Shown: piece after piece, positions 9,347-20,491 of the stretch
Numbering within the stretch: the stretch's first letter is position 1
Layout: each line of letters begins with the position of its first letter
Assembly: GCA_964553825.1 (NCBI GenBank)
Contig: CAZKLT010000001.1
Location: 51,423-115,422 of the forward strand
Direction: 5' to 3'
DNA from: an uncultured Gammaproteobacteria bacterium
GTDB taxonomy: Bacteria; Patescibacteriota; Microgenomatia; UBA10105; UBA927
Length of the DNA stretch: 64,000 nucleotides
Program-made: the position numbers and the translations under genes
Notes under the pieces: model-generated
The model's input: only the letters and a program-made list of their open reading frames with translations
The model's database searches: none
Told to the model about the DNA's origin: nothing

Positions 9347-10334
9347 TCTGGTGCCAGTCAGTTTCTTGTGCTCGGAAGAATCCGTACGATGCGATGTATA
9401 CGGCGTTATCGGTGCAGAGTTCGGGCGCGGGAACATGAATGGTTACGCCATGAGGCTGAGCGGCGGATATGAATTTTTTACGTAACCTGGTATTGGCTGC
9501 AACGCCTCCTGACAAGAAGATGGTTGATGCTGAATATTCTGATACCGCCAAAAGCGTTTTTTTTACGAGCACGTCCGTGATGGCCTCTTCCAATTCGTGA
9601 GCAAGTTGGGCTACTTTATTTTGAGTAAATGCGTTTTTTTCTTTCAGAGAATTCACAGCCCGCAACATAGCAGTCTTTAATCCGCTAAACGAAAAGTTGT
9701 AGCGATTTTCATGATCAAGCATGGGTCTGGGAAGGCGGATGTTTGTGGACTCCTTTGTCTGAGCTGGAACATAGGATGCAGCAGCTGTTGCAATGGCTGG
9801 CCCTCCTCCATGGCCAAATCCCAGCAGTCGAGCCGTTTTGTCAAACGCTTCTCCGGCAGCGTCATCAAGCGTTCCTCCGAGCCACGATAAATCCTTCTCA
9901 TTTTTCATAAGATAGAGCTCGGTGTGTCCGCCACTTGCGACGAGCGATATCGCAGGAAAGCGGGAGACAGATGATTCCACGAAATTGGCATACATGTGTG
10001 CAAGGACATGATTTACTGGCAATAATGGCTTCCCTGTTGCAAAGGCCAGGGTTTTTGCGGTTTCCACGCCAACAAGGAGTGAACCGATGAGCCCCGGTCC
10101 AACCGTGACTGCGATTGCATCGATTTCGTTTAGGGGTATGTCGCCCAAGGCTTCATCAATGACGGGAATAATACACCGGAGTTGCTCCCGGGCTGCAACC
10201 TCAGGGACGATGCCACCGTATTTTTCATGCATGGTTTTGGATGACGCCACTGACGAGCGAATAATTTTTACACCGTTTTCGACGACAGCTGCTGCGGTTT
10301 CATCGCAGCTTGTTTCAATACCCAGTATCTTCAT
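9312..10334 (-). CDS. tsaD: tRNA N6-adenosine threonylcarbamoyltransferase TsaD (Kae1/Gcp)
   Basis: MKILGIETSCDETAAAVV..., GPGLIGSLLVG, HVLAHMYA metal-binding His pair. Full-length match to the TsaD family. Confidence 0.9.
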   Translation of the reverse strand: MKILGIETSCDETAAAVVENGVKIIRSSVASSKTMHEKYGGIVPEVAAREQLRCIIPVIDEALGDIPLNEIDAIAVTVGPGLIGSLLVGVETAKTLAFATGKPLLPVNHVLAHMYANFVESSVSRFPAISLVASGGHTELYLMKNEKDLSWLGGTLDDAAGEAFDKTARLLGFGHGGGPAIATAAASYVPAQTKESTNIRLPRPMLDHENRYNFSFSGLKTAMLRAVNSLKEKNAFTQNKVAQLAHELEEAITDVLVKKTLLAVSEYSASTIFLSGGVAANTRLRKKFISAAQPHGVTIHVPAPELCTDNAVYIASYGFFRAQETDWHQITAVPDLSVEV

Positions 10335-10345
10335 ACGGCGTTATT

Positions 10346-10768
10346 TTACTCGAGGTCAAGAAGTTTCGCGAGTTGGGAGGTTGACGGGGTGTGAATTTTG
10401 GGCACAACTGCAAGTTGTGCGCCGATCATTTCCGCCTGGTGTCTTTTTTTATCCAGGATTGGGTCTCCTTCTGTGACGGCAATGACGGTAGGACGTATTT
10501 GGGTGACCAATTTGAAATAGTCTGCGTCCGTCTTCATAGGCGGCAGGGGAATAACTTCATCGACGAATGAAAGTGATTCCAGCATTTCTTTGCGTTGTTT
10601 CTGCGGATGAATGGGCCTGGTTTCCCCTTTTGTGTGCCGTACATTTTCATCCGATTCCAAAGCGACCACTAATCGCTCACCGAAGGATTTCGCCTGTTTA
10701 AGAAACGAAACATGGCCAAAATGGATAAAATCGAAGCAACCACCGACAAGAACGGTTTTATTATTCAT
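10346..10768 (-). CDS. Cytidylyltransferase-family nucleotidyltransferase (TagD/RibL-like, HxGH motif)
   Basis: VLVGGCFDFIHFGHVSFLKQAK is the (T/H)xGH nucleotidyltransferase signature. About 140 aa, like glycerol-3-phosphate cytidylyltransferase or archaeal-type FAD synthetase. Confidence 0.6.
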   Translation of the reverse strand: MNNKTVLVGGCFDFIHFGHVSFLKQAKSFGERLVVALESDENVRHTKGETRPIHPQKQRKEMLESLSFVDEVIPLPPMKTDADYFKLVTQIRPTVIAVTEGDPILDKKRHQAEMIGAQLAVVPKIHTPSTSQLAKLLDLE

Positions 10769-11486
10769 GGTTTATTTTTCGGCGTATTTCACTGACAGCT
10801 TTCGCATTATCATCTTTAGCCTTATTACTCATCGTTTTAAATTCATCAAATGTAATTTTTTGTGCACCTTGAGTGAAGGGGTTATAGTAATCGACTAATG
10901 TATCATCCTGAAGGTCGGGACAAGTCAGCTCAAACATTTTTCTTATATAGAGTATGGTAGCCGAAAAATGTGTTTGGAGTCCATTGGTTGCCATATCTTC
11001 ATATACTGTCGGATCAACATCCAACAGGTCGGCGACTACTTTTCCATTGTTCATAGCATCTATTTCATTTTCTAGATCGAGTTGCATGAGCGAATATATC
11101 TTTTTAAGACGATCTTCCAATGGTAATTCTCTAAATCCTCTCCCATAGAGTATTTCGTGTCCAGTTTGTAAGTATGTTAATTCTGTTTTTTTAGGATTTT
11201 TCACTAATGCATGTCCACATTCATGGGCAAATATAGCTCTATAGTTCGGATCGGTTAGTAATTCAGGGTTGAAGTATACGATATTTCGTCGAGGTGAGTA
11301 TGAGGGATCATCTGTATCGATTGAAAATTTAATGCCCTTTGGCAATAGCTCATTGAGCGAACGTCCGCTATTAAGTTCGATCGTAAACGCGAGCGGATCC
11401 TCGGGTACTGGTGCCACATCTTTTATGCCGGTAGTAGCGTTGGAATTGACTATCTGTGTCATCCTTTCAAGTTGTGCATCTGACAT
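10761..11486 (-). CDS. Putative zinc metallopeptidase (HExxH motif), function unknown
   Basis: AIFAHECGHAL contains HExxH. No other family signature recognised. Overlaps the downstream gene by 8 nt. Confidence 0.5.
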   Translation of the reverse strand: MSDAQLERMTQIVNSNATTGIKDVAPVPEDPLAFTIELNSGRSLNELLPKGIKFSIDTDDPSYSPRRNIVYFNPELLTDPNYRAIFAHECGHALVKNPKKTELTYLQTGHEILYGRGFRELPLEDRLKKIYSLMQLDLENEIDAMNNGKVVADLLDVDPTVYEDMATNGLQTHFSATILYIRKMFELTCPDLQDDTLVDYYNPFTQGAQKITFDEFKTMSNKAKDDNAKAVSEIRRKINHE

Positions 11487-11504
11487 AGGTTTTCGGAAAA
11501 ATCT

Positions 11505-12926
11505 TTATAACGCAGTCCCTCTCAGGTATACGGCCTGCCATGGCCGGAAAGAAGAGTAAAACGTGGTATCCTGTAAGATTTCGTCGCCTCTGGTTACTCG
11601 GTATTGAAATGACGCTTTGGCTCCCCAGGCAGACCAGTCTACCTGCTTTATGATGCCGGCCTTCAGTGTTGGGTCGTCCTGATAGAGCGGTGGGGGAGGG
11701 GCTGACTGATTCCATACTTTATGGTCGAGAATTTCTGCCTGTCGTCCATCCCGGGTTCCGTAAAGTTCGAAGGTCAGGGTGAGATTTTTGGTGTCGGTTT
11801 TGGTTTGAATAAGAATATGAGCGGGCGTATCATTTTTAATACGCAGATCGACTGTCGGACTAAAAACTGTTGCATCCAGACCGGGTTTAAATCCGCCGTC
11901 TTCATAATAATGTACGCGATAGGCATGAGCATGCCGCTCGATTATAGGAATACCCGCATTGAGGGCCGCCCGAAACAATGTGCTGCTCACCTGACACACT
12001 CCGCCCCCGTCGCCCAGGACTGTTCTGCCATCCTTGATGATATATGCAGATTGATAGCCCGTGGCAGCCGAGATGTCTCCGATCGCGGCGTTAAACGAAA
12101 ATTCCTCGCCGGGCTTGATGAGAATGCCGTTAATACGGGAGGCAGCCAGAGCAACATTATGGATGCGTCCTGGTATTGAACCGGCAAATTCCGAATACCC
12201 GCGTCCGATAAGCTCTTTAATGCCGTATGCATTGGTGTCGTTGGTTTCCGATGAAGGTTGTATCTGGTCAACCGGTAAAAGAATAGTGATACGTTGCTGA
12301 TTCGTGCGTGCCGCGGTGGCAAATGCCTCATTGAGCCTGCGCTTTGTTTCCTCTCGGTTCAGACGTTGGCCGACCTTTGATGGCCGAAAGGATGTAACTT
12401 TTCCGTCCGCAAACTGGAAGAGCGCATCTTCCTCCGGGATATCAAGTTGGGCGGCCAAATTAGCGAGCGCCTCATCTACGACGCTTTCCTTCCATCGGAA
12501 ATACGGTGCGAGATTGACTGTTTTCTGAAGGAACGTGACATTTAGATCGCTAAGAAATCGGCCGGAACGGCCGATAAGATACGCCTGTGTTGCTGAAAGA
12601 TCGGCATCATACCCTAGCTCTATATCACTGCCTGATATCGTAGCGATGGTGGATTTGAATTTTAATTCAAATTGCGCGTCGGCGAACGGTTCGTTTTTTG
12701 ATGTCCAGTATCGGACGACTTCGTCTTTTGTTTGAGATCCAAACGGTACGCCACCGATCATGACGTTGGGATAAATGCGTCCGGCGTAGTATCTGCGATA
12801 GAGCGACACAAAGATCAAACAAAGAAGAAGAAAAACAAGTGAGCCCGCAGCCAGCGCGCGCAGCCATCGAAGGGATGTAGAGTTATGTGATTGCCCCATG
12901 ATATGATAATTGTACTCGAATGCCAT
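11505..12926 (-). CDS. VanW-like protein (membrane-anchored)
   Basis: N-terminal TM anchor. GDGGGVCQVSSTLFRAALNAGIPIIERHAH is the characteristic VanW family core. Confidence 0.75.
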   Translation of the reverse strand: MAFEYNYHIMGQSHNSTSLRWLRALAAGSLVFLLLCLIFVSLYRRYYAGRIYPNVMIGGVPFGSQTKDEVVRYWTSKNEPFADAQFELKFKSTIATISGSDIELGYDADLSATQAYLIGRSGRFLSDLNVTFLQKTVNLAPYFRWKESVVDEALANLAAQLDIPEEDALFQFADGKVTSFRPSKVGQRLNREETKRRLNEAFATAARTNQQRITILLPVDQIQPSSETNDTNAYGIKELIGRGYSEFAGSIPGRIHNVALAASRINGILIKPGEEFSFNAAIGDISAATGYQSAYIIKDGRTVLGDGGGVCQVSSTLFRAALNAGIPIIERHAHAYRVHYYEDGGFKPGLDATVFSPTVDLRIKNDTPAHILIQTKTDTKNLTLTFELYGTRDGRQAEILDHKVWNQSAPPPPLYQDDPTLKAGIIKQVDWSAWGAKASFQYRVTRGDEILQDTTFYSSFRPWQAVYLRGTAL

Positions 12927-14406
12927 GAATGATCCAACTACCCAAGCGGGTGTTTCACCTGTTGTTCCTCAGGCTCCCAATGGGCCCGGTGAGCCGTTTG
13001 TTGTTCCGCCCGCACCTGTCGGAACCAATCCTTTTATCCCCCAGACGCCAACCGGAGGTCCGCCGAACGGAGAAATGGCTGTCACTGCACGACCGAACTC
13101 ATGGTTTCGCCGAATGCTGACTGTTGGCAGTATCCTTATCGTGCTGGCCCTCCTTCTTGTGGGAGGTCGTTTCGCCATGGGAATGTTGTCTGGCGGAAAG
13201 GAAGTAACAATAACCTATTGGGGCCTTTGGGAAAATGAAGCCACGGTAAAGAGCCTTATCGCAGATTTTGAAGCAACGCATCCGAAAATTAAGGTGACCT
13301 ATGTTAAGCAATCCCATCGACAGTATCGAGAGCGGCTTCAAGGGGCGGTTGGACGGGGGGACGGCCCGGACGTATTTCGTTTCCATAATACTTGGGTGCC
13401 GATGTTCCGGAATGAATTGAGTCCGGCCCCGGAAACAGTTATGAGCACGCAGGAGTTTGCCTCGACATTTTATCCGGTGGCAAGCGCTGATTTGGTCGGC
13501 GGGCAGGCGATTTACGGTATGCCTGTGATGATAGACGGACTTGGACTCTACTATAATGAGGATCTTTTTGCGGCTGCAGGTGTAACACCGCCCTCGACGT
13601 GGGAGGAACTGTTGGCGATTGTTCCCAAGTTGACCGTGCGGACCGAAAATGCAATTCTGACATCGGCTATTGCGCTCGGGACATCAGGGAACGTTGAGCA
13701 TTTTAGCGACATTCTCGCAACGATGATGATGCAAAACGGCGCAAAACTGTCTGCGCCCACCGGCGCACAGGCTGAGGAAGCGCTCGTGTTTTACCGGAAG
13801 TTTTCCAATCCTTCCGACCCGGTCTATACGTGGAACGATACGCTTGATAACTCAATTTCTGCTTTTGCCTCCAGTAAGGTTGCGATGATCCTGGCTCCAT
13901 CATGGCGCGTGTTTGATATCAAACAGCTTAATCCCGCGCTTCGGTTTAAGGTTGTGCCCATACCACAGCTTGCCGGGAATACCGTTACATGGGCATCCTA
14001 TTGGGTGGAGGGCGTATCGGCGAAGAGTAAGTACAAAGAGCAGGCATGGGAATTTGTGAACTTTCTGACCAGCAGCGAAGCGACCACGAAATTGTTCACA
14101 GAGGCGTCAAAAACGCGTTTGTTTGGCGAACTGTATGCTCGTGTCGATTTGGGCAACACGCTTATTGACGATCCCTATGCCGGTGCGTATATCAAACAGG
14201 CAGCAACCGCAAAATCGTTTCCCCTGGCATCACGGACGTTTGACAATGGGATAAACGATAAACTCATTAAGTATCTGGAGGATGCAGTAAACGCGGTCGG
14301 TCTTGGTGCCTCGCCCACTGAGGCGCTTCAAACGGCACATAATGGTTTCCGTCAGGTGTTGGGAGACTATGGTCTGACCAGTGGCGCTGCCCCCGCAACC
14401 CCGTAG
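12925..14406 (+). CDS. ABC transporter substrate-binding protein (carbohydrate, family 1-like) with Pro-rich N-terminal tail and TM anchor; orphan (no permease/ATPase adjacent)
   Basis: VTITYWGLWENEA...KIKVTYVKQ...WVPMF resembles a solute-binding family 1 sugar SBP. Start is uncertain: TTG at 12910, ATG at 12925 or ATG at 13075. Confidence 0.7.
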   Translation: MNDPTTQAGVSPVVPQAPNGPGEPFVVPPAPVGTNPFIPQTPTGGPPNGEMAVTARPNSWFRRMLTVGSILIVLALLLVGGRFAMGMLSGGKEVTITYWGLWENEATVKSLIADFEATHPKIKVTYVKQSHRQYRERLQGAVGRGDGPDVFRFHNTWVPMFRNELSPAPETVMSTQEFASTFYPVASADLVGGQAIYGMPVMIDGLGLYYNEDLFAAAGVTPPSTWEELLAIVPKLTVRTENAILTSAIALGTSGNVEHFSDILATMMMQNGAKLSAPTGAQAEEALVFYRKFSNPSDPVYTWNDTLDNSISAFASSKVAMILAPSWRVFDIKQLNPALRFKVVPIPQLAGNTVTWASYWVEGVSAKSKYKEQAWEFVNFLTSSEATTKLFTEASKTRLFGELYARVDLGNTLIDDPYAGAYIKQAATAKSFPLASRTFDNGINDKLIKYLEDAVNAVGLGASPTEALQTAHNGFRQVLGDYGLTSGAAPATP

Positions 14407-14409
14407 GGT

Positions 14410-15309
14410 ATGGCTAAAGAATTATCTGAATCCTTGTACGCGACCGTGGCGTATGCCGATATTTTTGAGTACTCGCTTTCTGCCGATGAGGCGGCGCGAT
14501 GGTTCATTGGAGCAGAAGTGAAGGGCATCCCGCGCCCAGACTCACGCTGGATACGGCAAAAAGGCCGTTTCCTTACGCTACGTGGCAGAGGTCGTCTGGG
14601 TGCGCTCAGGCGTTTGCGACAGCAGGCGGCACGGCAAAAATGGTTAATTGCCAAAAAGGCAGCAGCCTGGCTTCGTTTTGTGCCGACGATTACGCTTGTC
14701 GGCGTCACCGGGGCGCTTGCGATGAACAATGTTACATCAGACGACGATATTGATCTTTTTATCGTTACGAAAAAAGACACGCTTTGGACGACACGTTTCC
14801 TGGCAACACTGCTGCTTGATATGCTCGGCCTTCGAAGAAAACCGAATCAAACGCATGTACGCGATAAGATTTGTCTCAATATGTTTATGAGTGAAGAAGG
14901 TCTTCGGGTTACCCGGAAGGATCAGGATTTATTTTCAGCGCACGAAGTATTGCAGATGACTCCGCTGTGGGAACGCGGATCTGTGCACTATGTATTTCTC
15001 CGGCGGAATGCATGGGCAAGAATATTTCTTCCGAATGCGTGGAGGGAAGCAATCAGCAGCGCGTCAGAGCGTAGAAAAATCCGAACGCCCCGGTTCGATG
15101 CACCTTTTTTGTATTTGTTTCGTTTTGTTGAACCACTGTCGAAACGGTTACAAGCGTGGTATATGCGTCGACATAGGACAACCGAAAGAGTGACGAGTCA
15201 TGTGCTTCAGTTTCACCCGAGAGATGCCCGTGTTTGGGTAAAAGAAGCATTTGAAAAACGGCTAAAATTGCGCGACATACCACTTGACAAGTTTTTTTAT
15301 GACCGCTAA
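14410..15309 (+). CDS. Hypothetical protein, possible minimal nucleotidyltransferase fold
   Basis: GVTGALAMNNVTSDDDIDLFIV resembles the GS-x9-DxD motif of Pol-beta-type nucleotidyltransferases. Weak. Confidence 0.4.
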   Translation: MAKELSESLYATVAYADIFEYSLSADEAARWFIGAEVKGIPRPDSRWIRQKGRFLTLRGRGRLGALRRLRQQAARQKWLIAKKAAAWLRFVPTITLVGVTGALAMNNVTSDDDIDLFIVTKKDTLWTTRFLATLLLDMLGLRRKPNQTHVRDKICLNMFMSEEGLRVTRKDQDLFSAHEVLQMTPLWERGSVHYVFLRRNAWARIFLPNAWREAISSASERRKIRTPRFDAPFLYLFRFVEPLSKRLQAWYMRRHRTTERVTSHVLQFHPRDARVWVKEAFEKRLKLRDIPLDKFFYDR

Positions 15310-15310
15310 A

Positions 15311-15337
15311 ATAGCACTCATCGTAAAAGAGTGATAA
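15311..15337 (+). promoter_or_regulatory. CIRCE-like inverted repeat (HrcA operator) upstream of groES
   Basis: TAGCACTC-N9-GAGTGATAA versus consensus TTAGCACTC-N9-GAGTGCTAA. Sits 34 nt upstream of the groES ATG, with RBS AAGGAGGG following. Confidence 0.7.
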
Positions 15338-15370
15338 ATTGTTTTGTTTTTCTTAAAAAAGGAGGGCCGT

Positions 15371-15667
15371 ATGGCAAAAGTAAATATTCAACCGTTATTT
15401 GATAATGTCCTGGTAAAACCACTTCAGGCCGAGGAAAAGCTTCCGTCTGGCATTATTCTTCCCGATAGCGCAAAAGAGAAGCCCCAAATGGGTGAGATTA
15501 TGGCCATTGGACCCGGGGGAACCGATGACAAAGGAAATGCCGTTAAGATGGTCGTAAAAATCGGACAAAAAGTTATGTATAAAAAATGGGGCGGAAATGA
15601 AATCAAGGTGAATGGTCAGGAATGGATGCTCGTTGAGCAGAAAGATATATTGGCAATCGTAGAATAA
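15371..15667 (+). CDS. groES: Co-chaperonin GroES
   Basis: MAKVNIQPLFDNVLVKP...LPSGIILPDSAKEKPQMGEIMAIGPG is canonical GroES. The ATG at 15371 is preceded by AAGGAGGG. Confidence 0.9.
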   Translation: MAKVNIQPLFDNVLVKPLQAEEKLPSGIILPDSAKEKPQMGEIMAIGPGGTDDKGNAVKMVVKIGQKVMYKKWGGNEIKVNGQEWMLVEQKDILAIVE

Positions 15668-15670
15668 TAA

Positions 15671-17332
<1,662 letters not shown>

Positions 17333-17357
17333 CCTCTCTAGAGAAACGACTAGGAAA

Positions 17358-17381
17358 GCCCCGCGGAAACGCGGGGCTTTT
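17358..17381 (+). terminator. Rho-independent terminator after groEL
   Basis: Perfect 8-bp GC-rich stem GCCCCGCG-GAAA-CGCGGGGC followed by TTTT. Confidence 0.7.
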
Positions 17382-17391
17382 GGTACAATGC

Positions 17392-18276
17392 ATGCATATG
17401 CCATCGTTTACACTTACGGAAATTACCACGCGCGACGGAGTGGTGCATCAGGGATTATTTTTCAAACCGAAAAAACCGGGGAAGAAGGCACTTCTGTGGA
17501 TACATGGATTAACGGGAAAATTTTATGGCAACGTTTCCATGATGAACGCGATGGGTGAAGAGTGCGAAAAGAGGGGATTTGGATTTGCAACATTCAACAA
17601 TCGCGGTCATGACATGATAACCGGTGCGCATAAGCGAGATGAAAGCAGTTCCAAAGGGTACTCCTATGTGACAATCGGTTCCGGTGTGGAGAAGTTTGAG
17701 GAAAGTGTTCTCGATATCCGGGCCGGGATAGATTTTTTGGTAGGAGAGGGGTTTAAGGAGGTATATGTTGTTGGCATGAGTACAGGTGCCAATAAAGCAT
17801 GTTACTACGGCGCGACACAGAGAGATTCGTACCTGTCAGGCGTTATTCTTTTGTCTCCGATTTCAGATCGCCTGTCTCCAAAGTCGCACGTTTCCTGGTT
17901 TAAGAAAATGTATTTGCAGCTTCTTGTTGCGATGGGAAAGGGAGAAATGCTCCTCGTGGGAAACGGGTATTTTCCTGGAACACCGCGGCGGTTTTTGAGT
18001 CTGATTACCCCAAGGTCGGCAGAAGATATCTTTGACTACGGAGACACGAAAGATACGCTTTCCCGGTTTGCAACGATTCATACGCCCGTGTGTATTGCAT
18101 TCGGAGAGAACGATGATAACGCAGACAGGCCAATCCTGGAGATAAAAAAAATATTTGATGCCAATACGAATTCAAAAAAATATAAAAGCTTTATTGTTCG
18201 GGAGGCGACGCACGGTTTTGACGGAAAAGAGCGAGTGCTTGTAGCTACCATTATTCAGTGGGTCGCAACAGTTTGA
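17392..18276 (+). CDS. Alpha/beta hydrolase family protein
   Basis: HGLTG...VVGMSTGANKA (GxSxG nucleophile elbow) and a later D/H region. The track start at 17380 is TTG inside the terminator T-tract, so the ATG at 17392 or 17398 is preferred. Confidence 0.65.
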   Translation: MHMPSFTLTEITTRDGVVHQGLFFKPKKPGKKALLWIHGLTGKFYGNVSMMNAMGEECEKRGFGFATFNNRGHDMITGAHKRDESSSKGYSYVTIGSGVEKFEESVLDIRAGIDFLVGEGFKEVYVVGMSTGANKACYYGATQRDSYLSGVILLSPISDRLSPKSHVSWFKKMYLQLLVAMGKGEMLLVGNGYFPGTPRRFLSLITPRSAEDIFDYGDTKDTLSRFATIHTPVCIAFGENDDNADRPILEIKKIFDANTNSKKYKSFIVREATHGFDGKERVLVATIIQWVATV

Positions 18277-18614
18277 TGGTGGACACTATGAATGCGATGA
18301 TTCTTATCTATATAACCTGTCATGACTCCGACGAAGCGGTGAAAATCGGGACATACCTGCTTCGAAAACGCCTCATCGCCTGTTATAACATTATTGATAA
18401 TATGACCTCAGGATACTGGTGGCCTCCGGGTGCCGGACAGATAGAAACAGCGCATGAAACGATTCTTATCGTAAAAACGTTGCAGAGGAAATTCGATCTG
18501 ATCGAAAGATCGGTAGAGCGTATTCATTCATCGGACACGCCGTGCTTAATTGCAATTCCTGCTGTCCGGGTTGCCAAAAAATATCTTGCATGGATAGAAG
18601 GGGAAGTGAAGTAG
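18276..18614 (+). CDS. cutA: Divalent-cation tolerance protein CutA
   Basis: ILIYITCHDSDEAVKIGTYLLRKRLIACYNI...GYWW matches the CutA1 family. Its ATG overlaps the upstream stop (TGATG). The alternative ATG is 18288. Confidence 0.7.
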   Translation: MVDTMNAMILIYITCHDSDEAVKIGTYLLRKRLIACYNIIDNMTSGYWWPPGAGQIETAHETILIVKTLQRKFDLIERSVERIHSSDTPCLIAIPAVRVAKKYLAWIEGEVK

Positions 18615-18630
18615 CGTCGTGCCTCCGAAA

Positions 18631-19263
18631 TTAAATTTTGGGTAATACCTCAAGCGGATTTATGGGGACATCTCTCACATAGATTTCCAGATGGAGATGG
18701 CTCCCGGTCGACTGTCCTGTTATACCAATCTGGCCAAGCGCAGTATTTTTTAAGATATGATCGCCCTGCTTGACGAAAACCTTCGATAAATGCGCGTAGA
18801 GAGATTTTACTCCGTCCGGATGTTCGACAAGCACATGGTGGCCGTAGCCATACGGGAGAAATTCTACCCACGCGACTGTGCCTTCCCGGATCGGGTACAC
18901 CGGCGTGCCAATGGGATCGGTCAGATCCATACCCGGATGGTAGAATGAGAAGCTCTGCGAGATGCCGAAGGCAGAGAGTGGCCACTGAAAGGTCGAGCCT
19001 ACTGCATCTACGACGATGATGGTTTGAGTCGTTTCGAGTGTAACTTCGAGGCTCGAGATGGCCTCCTGCGTTTGGGGGACGACGATACCTGCGAAGAACG
19101 CAAGTCCAGCCAGATTCACGCCTATAGCCTGGCGCCAATGAAACGCTTTGAGATTCGTGCGCAAAAAGATACCCAGACCGCTGCCTGCGGGGGATATCGT
19201 CGTTAAGTTTTTTTGTATGTAGGCACGAATTCGGGCAAAAAGCCTGAAATATTTTTGCTTCAT
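18631..19263 (-). CDS. M23 family metallopeptidase (LytM domain), membrane-anchored
   Basis: HPGMDLT...GTPVYPIREGTV...GYGHHVLVEH...GQSTGSHLHLE is the M23 signature (HxxxD, HxH). Confidence 0.8.
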   Translation of the reverse strand: MKQKYFRLFARIRAYIQKNLTTISPAGSGLGIFLRTNLKAFHWRQAIGVNLAGLAFFAGIVVPQTQEAISSLEVTLETTQTIIVVDAVGSTFQWPLSAFGISQSFSFYHPGMDLTDPIGTPVYPIREGTVAWVEFLPYGYGHHVLVEHPDGVKSLYAHLSKVFVKQGDHILKNTALGQIGITGQSTGSHLHLEIYVRDVPINPLEVLPKI

Positions 19264-19387
19264 ACAAATGACCGCTCAAGACGAGCGAAGGCAGTGATTG
19301 TAGCATAACTATAGGATATTGTCAATGGAATAGGGGAGGGTAGAATTGGTTGCCGGGCTGGTACTGGTGTGCTATGATCGAATCCAC

Positions 19388-20272
19388 ATGAAGCGTAAAA
19401 TCTTCTTTCTCATCGCTCTTATCGGCATCGTTATAATAATCGCGGTATTAGTCAGATGGCTCAATAATCGTGGTCCCAAACAAGGTGAACTTCGGGTGGA
19501 GAGTCAGCCTGCTGCAACGGTTTTTCTTGATAATAAAAATATAGGTAAGACGCCATTCAAAGATTCGGTGGATGTCGGAGAATACACGATTAAGTTGGTC
19601 CCGGAATCCGCGACGACCCAAATGACGACATGGGAAGGCCGTATCGTTGTCGGAGGAAACCTTCTGACGTATGTAAGTGCGAATTTAAGCGAATCGGAAC
19701 TGGCAACATCGGTTGATGTCGTATGGCTTGAGAAAATTACCAGTAAGAATTCGGAGCTGTCAGTGACGACAAATCCCGATGGAGCCACTGTTCTTGTTGA
19801 CGATGAAACAAAAGGAGTTACCCCGCTTTCTGTTGCTGATATTGCTTCTGGCGATCACACGCTGAGTATTACGAGTTCAGGGTTTCTTTCCCGGACACTG
19901 AAAATAAAAACGACGCCCGGGTACCGGGTTATCGCCAATCTCAAGCTCGCGCTTTCTGCAGGTGGCCCCGCGCCAACACCCGCCGCGTCTCCTCCTTCTG
20001 AGCTTTCAGGAACGCCAACGCCCTCAAAGGCTGCCACCTCATCCGGGAATCAGGGCATAGATCCGCCAAAGCCATTCGTCGTAATTAAGGACACACCGAC
20101 CGGGTTCTTGCGGGTGCGCATTGAGCCCTCAACGAGCGCTTCTGAAGCAGCGCGTGTGAATCCCGGCGAGAAGTATTCTTATTTTGATACCGAAAGCGGA
20201 TGGTATCAGATTAAGTATGATGGGAAGAGCGCGGGTTGGGTTTCTGGGCAATACGTCGAAGTGGTTGAATAG
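19388..20272 (+). CDS. PEGA-domain protein with C-terminal SH3b-like domain, signal-anchored
   Basis: N-terminus MKRKIFFLIALIGIVIIIAV. ATVLVDDETKGVTPLSVADIASGDHTLSIT is PEGA-like. The C-terminal GWYQIKYDGKSAGWVSGQYV is SH3b-like. The alternative TTG start at 19346 has a GGGGAGGG RBS. Confidence 0.6.
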   Translation: MKRKIFFLIALIGIVIIIAVLVRWLNNRGPKQGELRVESQPAATVFLDNKNIGKTPFKDSVDVGEYTIKLVPESATTQMTTWEGRIVVGGNLLTYVSANLSESELATSVDVVWLEKITSKNSELSVTTNPDGATVLVDDETKGVTPLSVADIASGDHTLSITSSGFLSRTLKIKTTPGYRVIANLKLALSAGGPAPTPAASPPSELSGTPTPSKAATSSGNQGIDPPKPFVVIKDTPTGFLRVRIEPSTSASEAARVNPGEKYSYFDTESGWYQIKYDGKSAGWVSGQYVEVVE

Positions 20273-20488
20273 CTAGGGTAATTCCTTAAGCTTGAAATCA
20301 TCCATGACGAGTATTATTAAGCCCACGATAATGCCCAGGAGAGCACTGAATACTGCGTGTTCGGGAAACAAATACGTATCTATGATATTCCATGCGCCCC
20401 TCCAGATAAGAATTATTGCAACAAGGTCGATGATTGTGTGGAAGTTGAGCCCAACACGGTGAAAGCGTTTCCGTTTCTTGCCGATCAT
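20273..20488 (-). CDS. Small hypothetical membrane protein (71 aa)
   Basis: Two hydrophobic helices. Tightly packed between neighbouring genes. No family recognised. Confidence 0.3.
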   Translation of the reverse strand: MIGKKRKRFHRVGLNFHTIIDLVAIILIWRGAWNIIDTYLFPEHAVFSALLGIIVGLIILVMDDFKLKELP

Positions 20489-20491
20489 TCG

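Noticed and set aside
18650-19306. Alternative 218-aa minus-strand ORF overlapping the M23 peptidase gene in another frame
   Set aside because: The 18631-19263 frame carries the full M23 motif set. The alternative frame gives an Arg/Ser/Pro-rich nonsense-like product.
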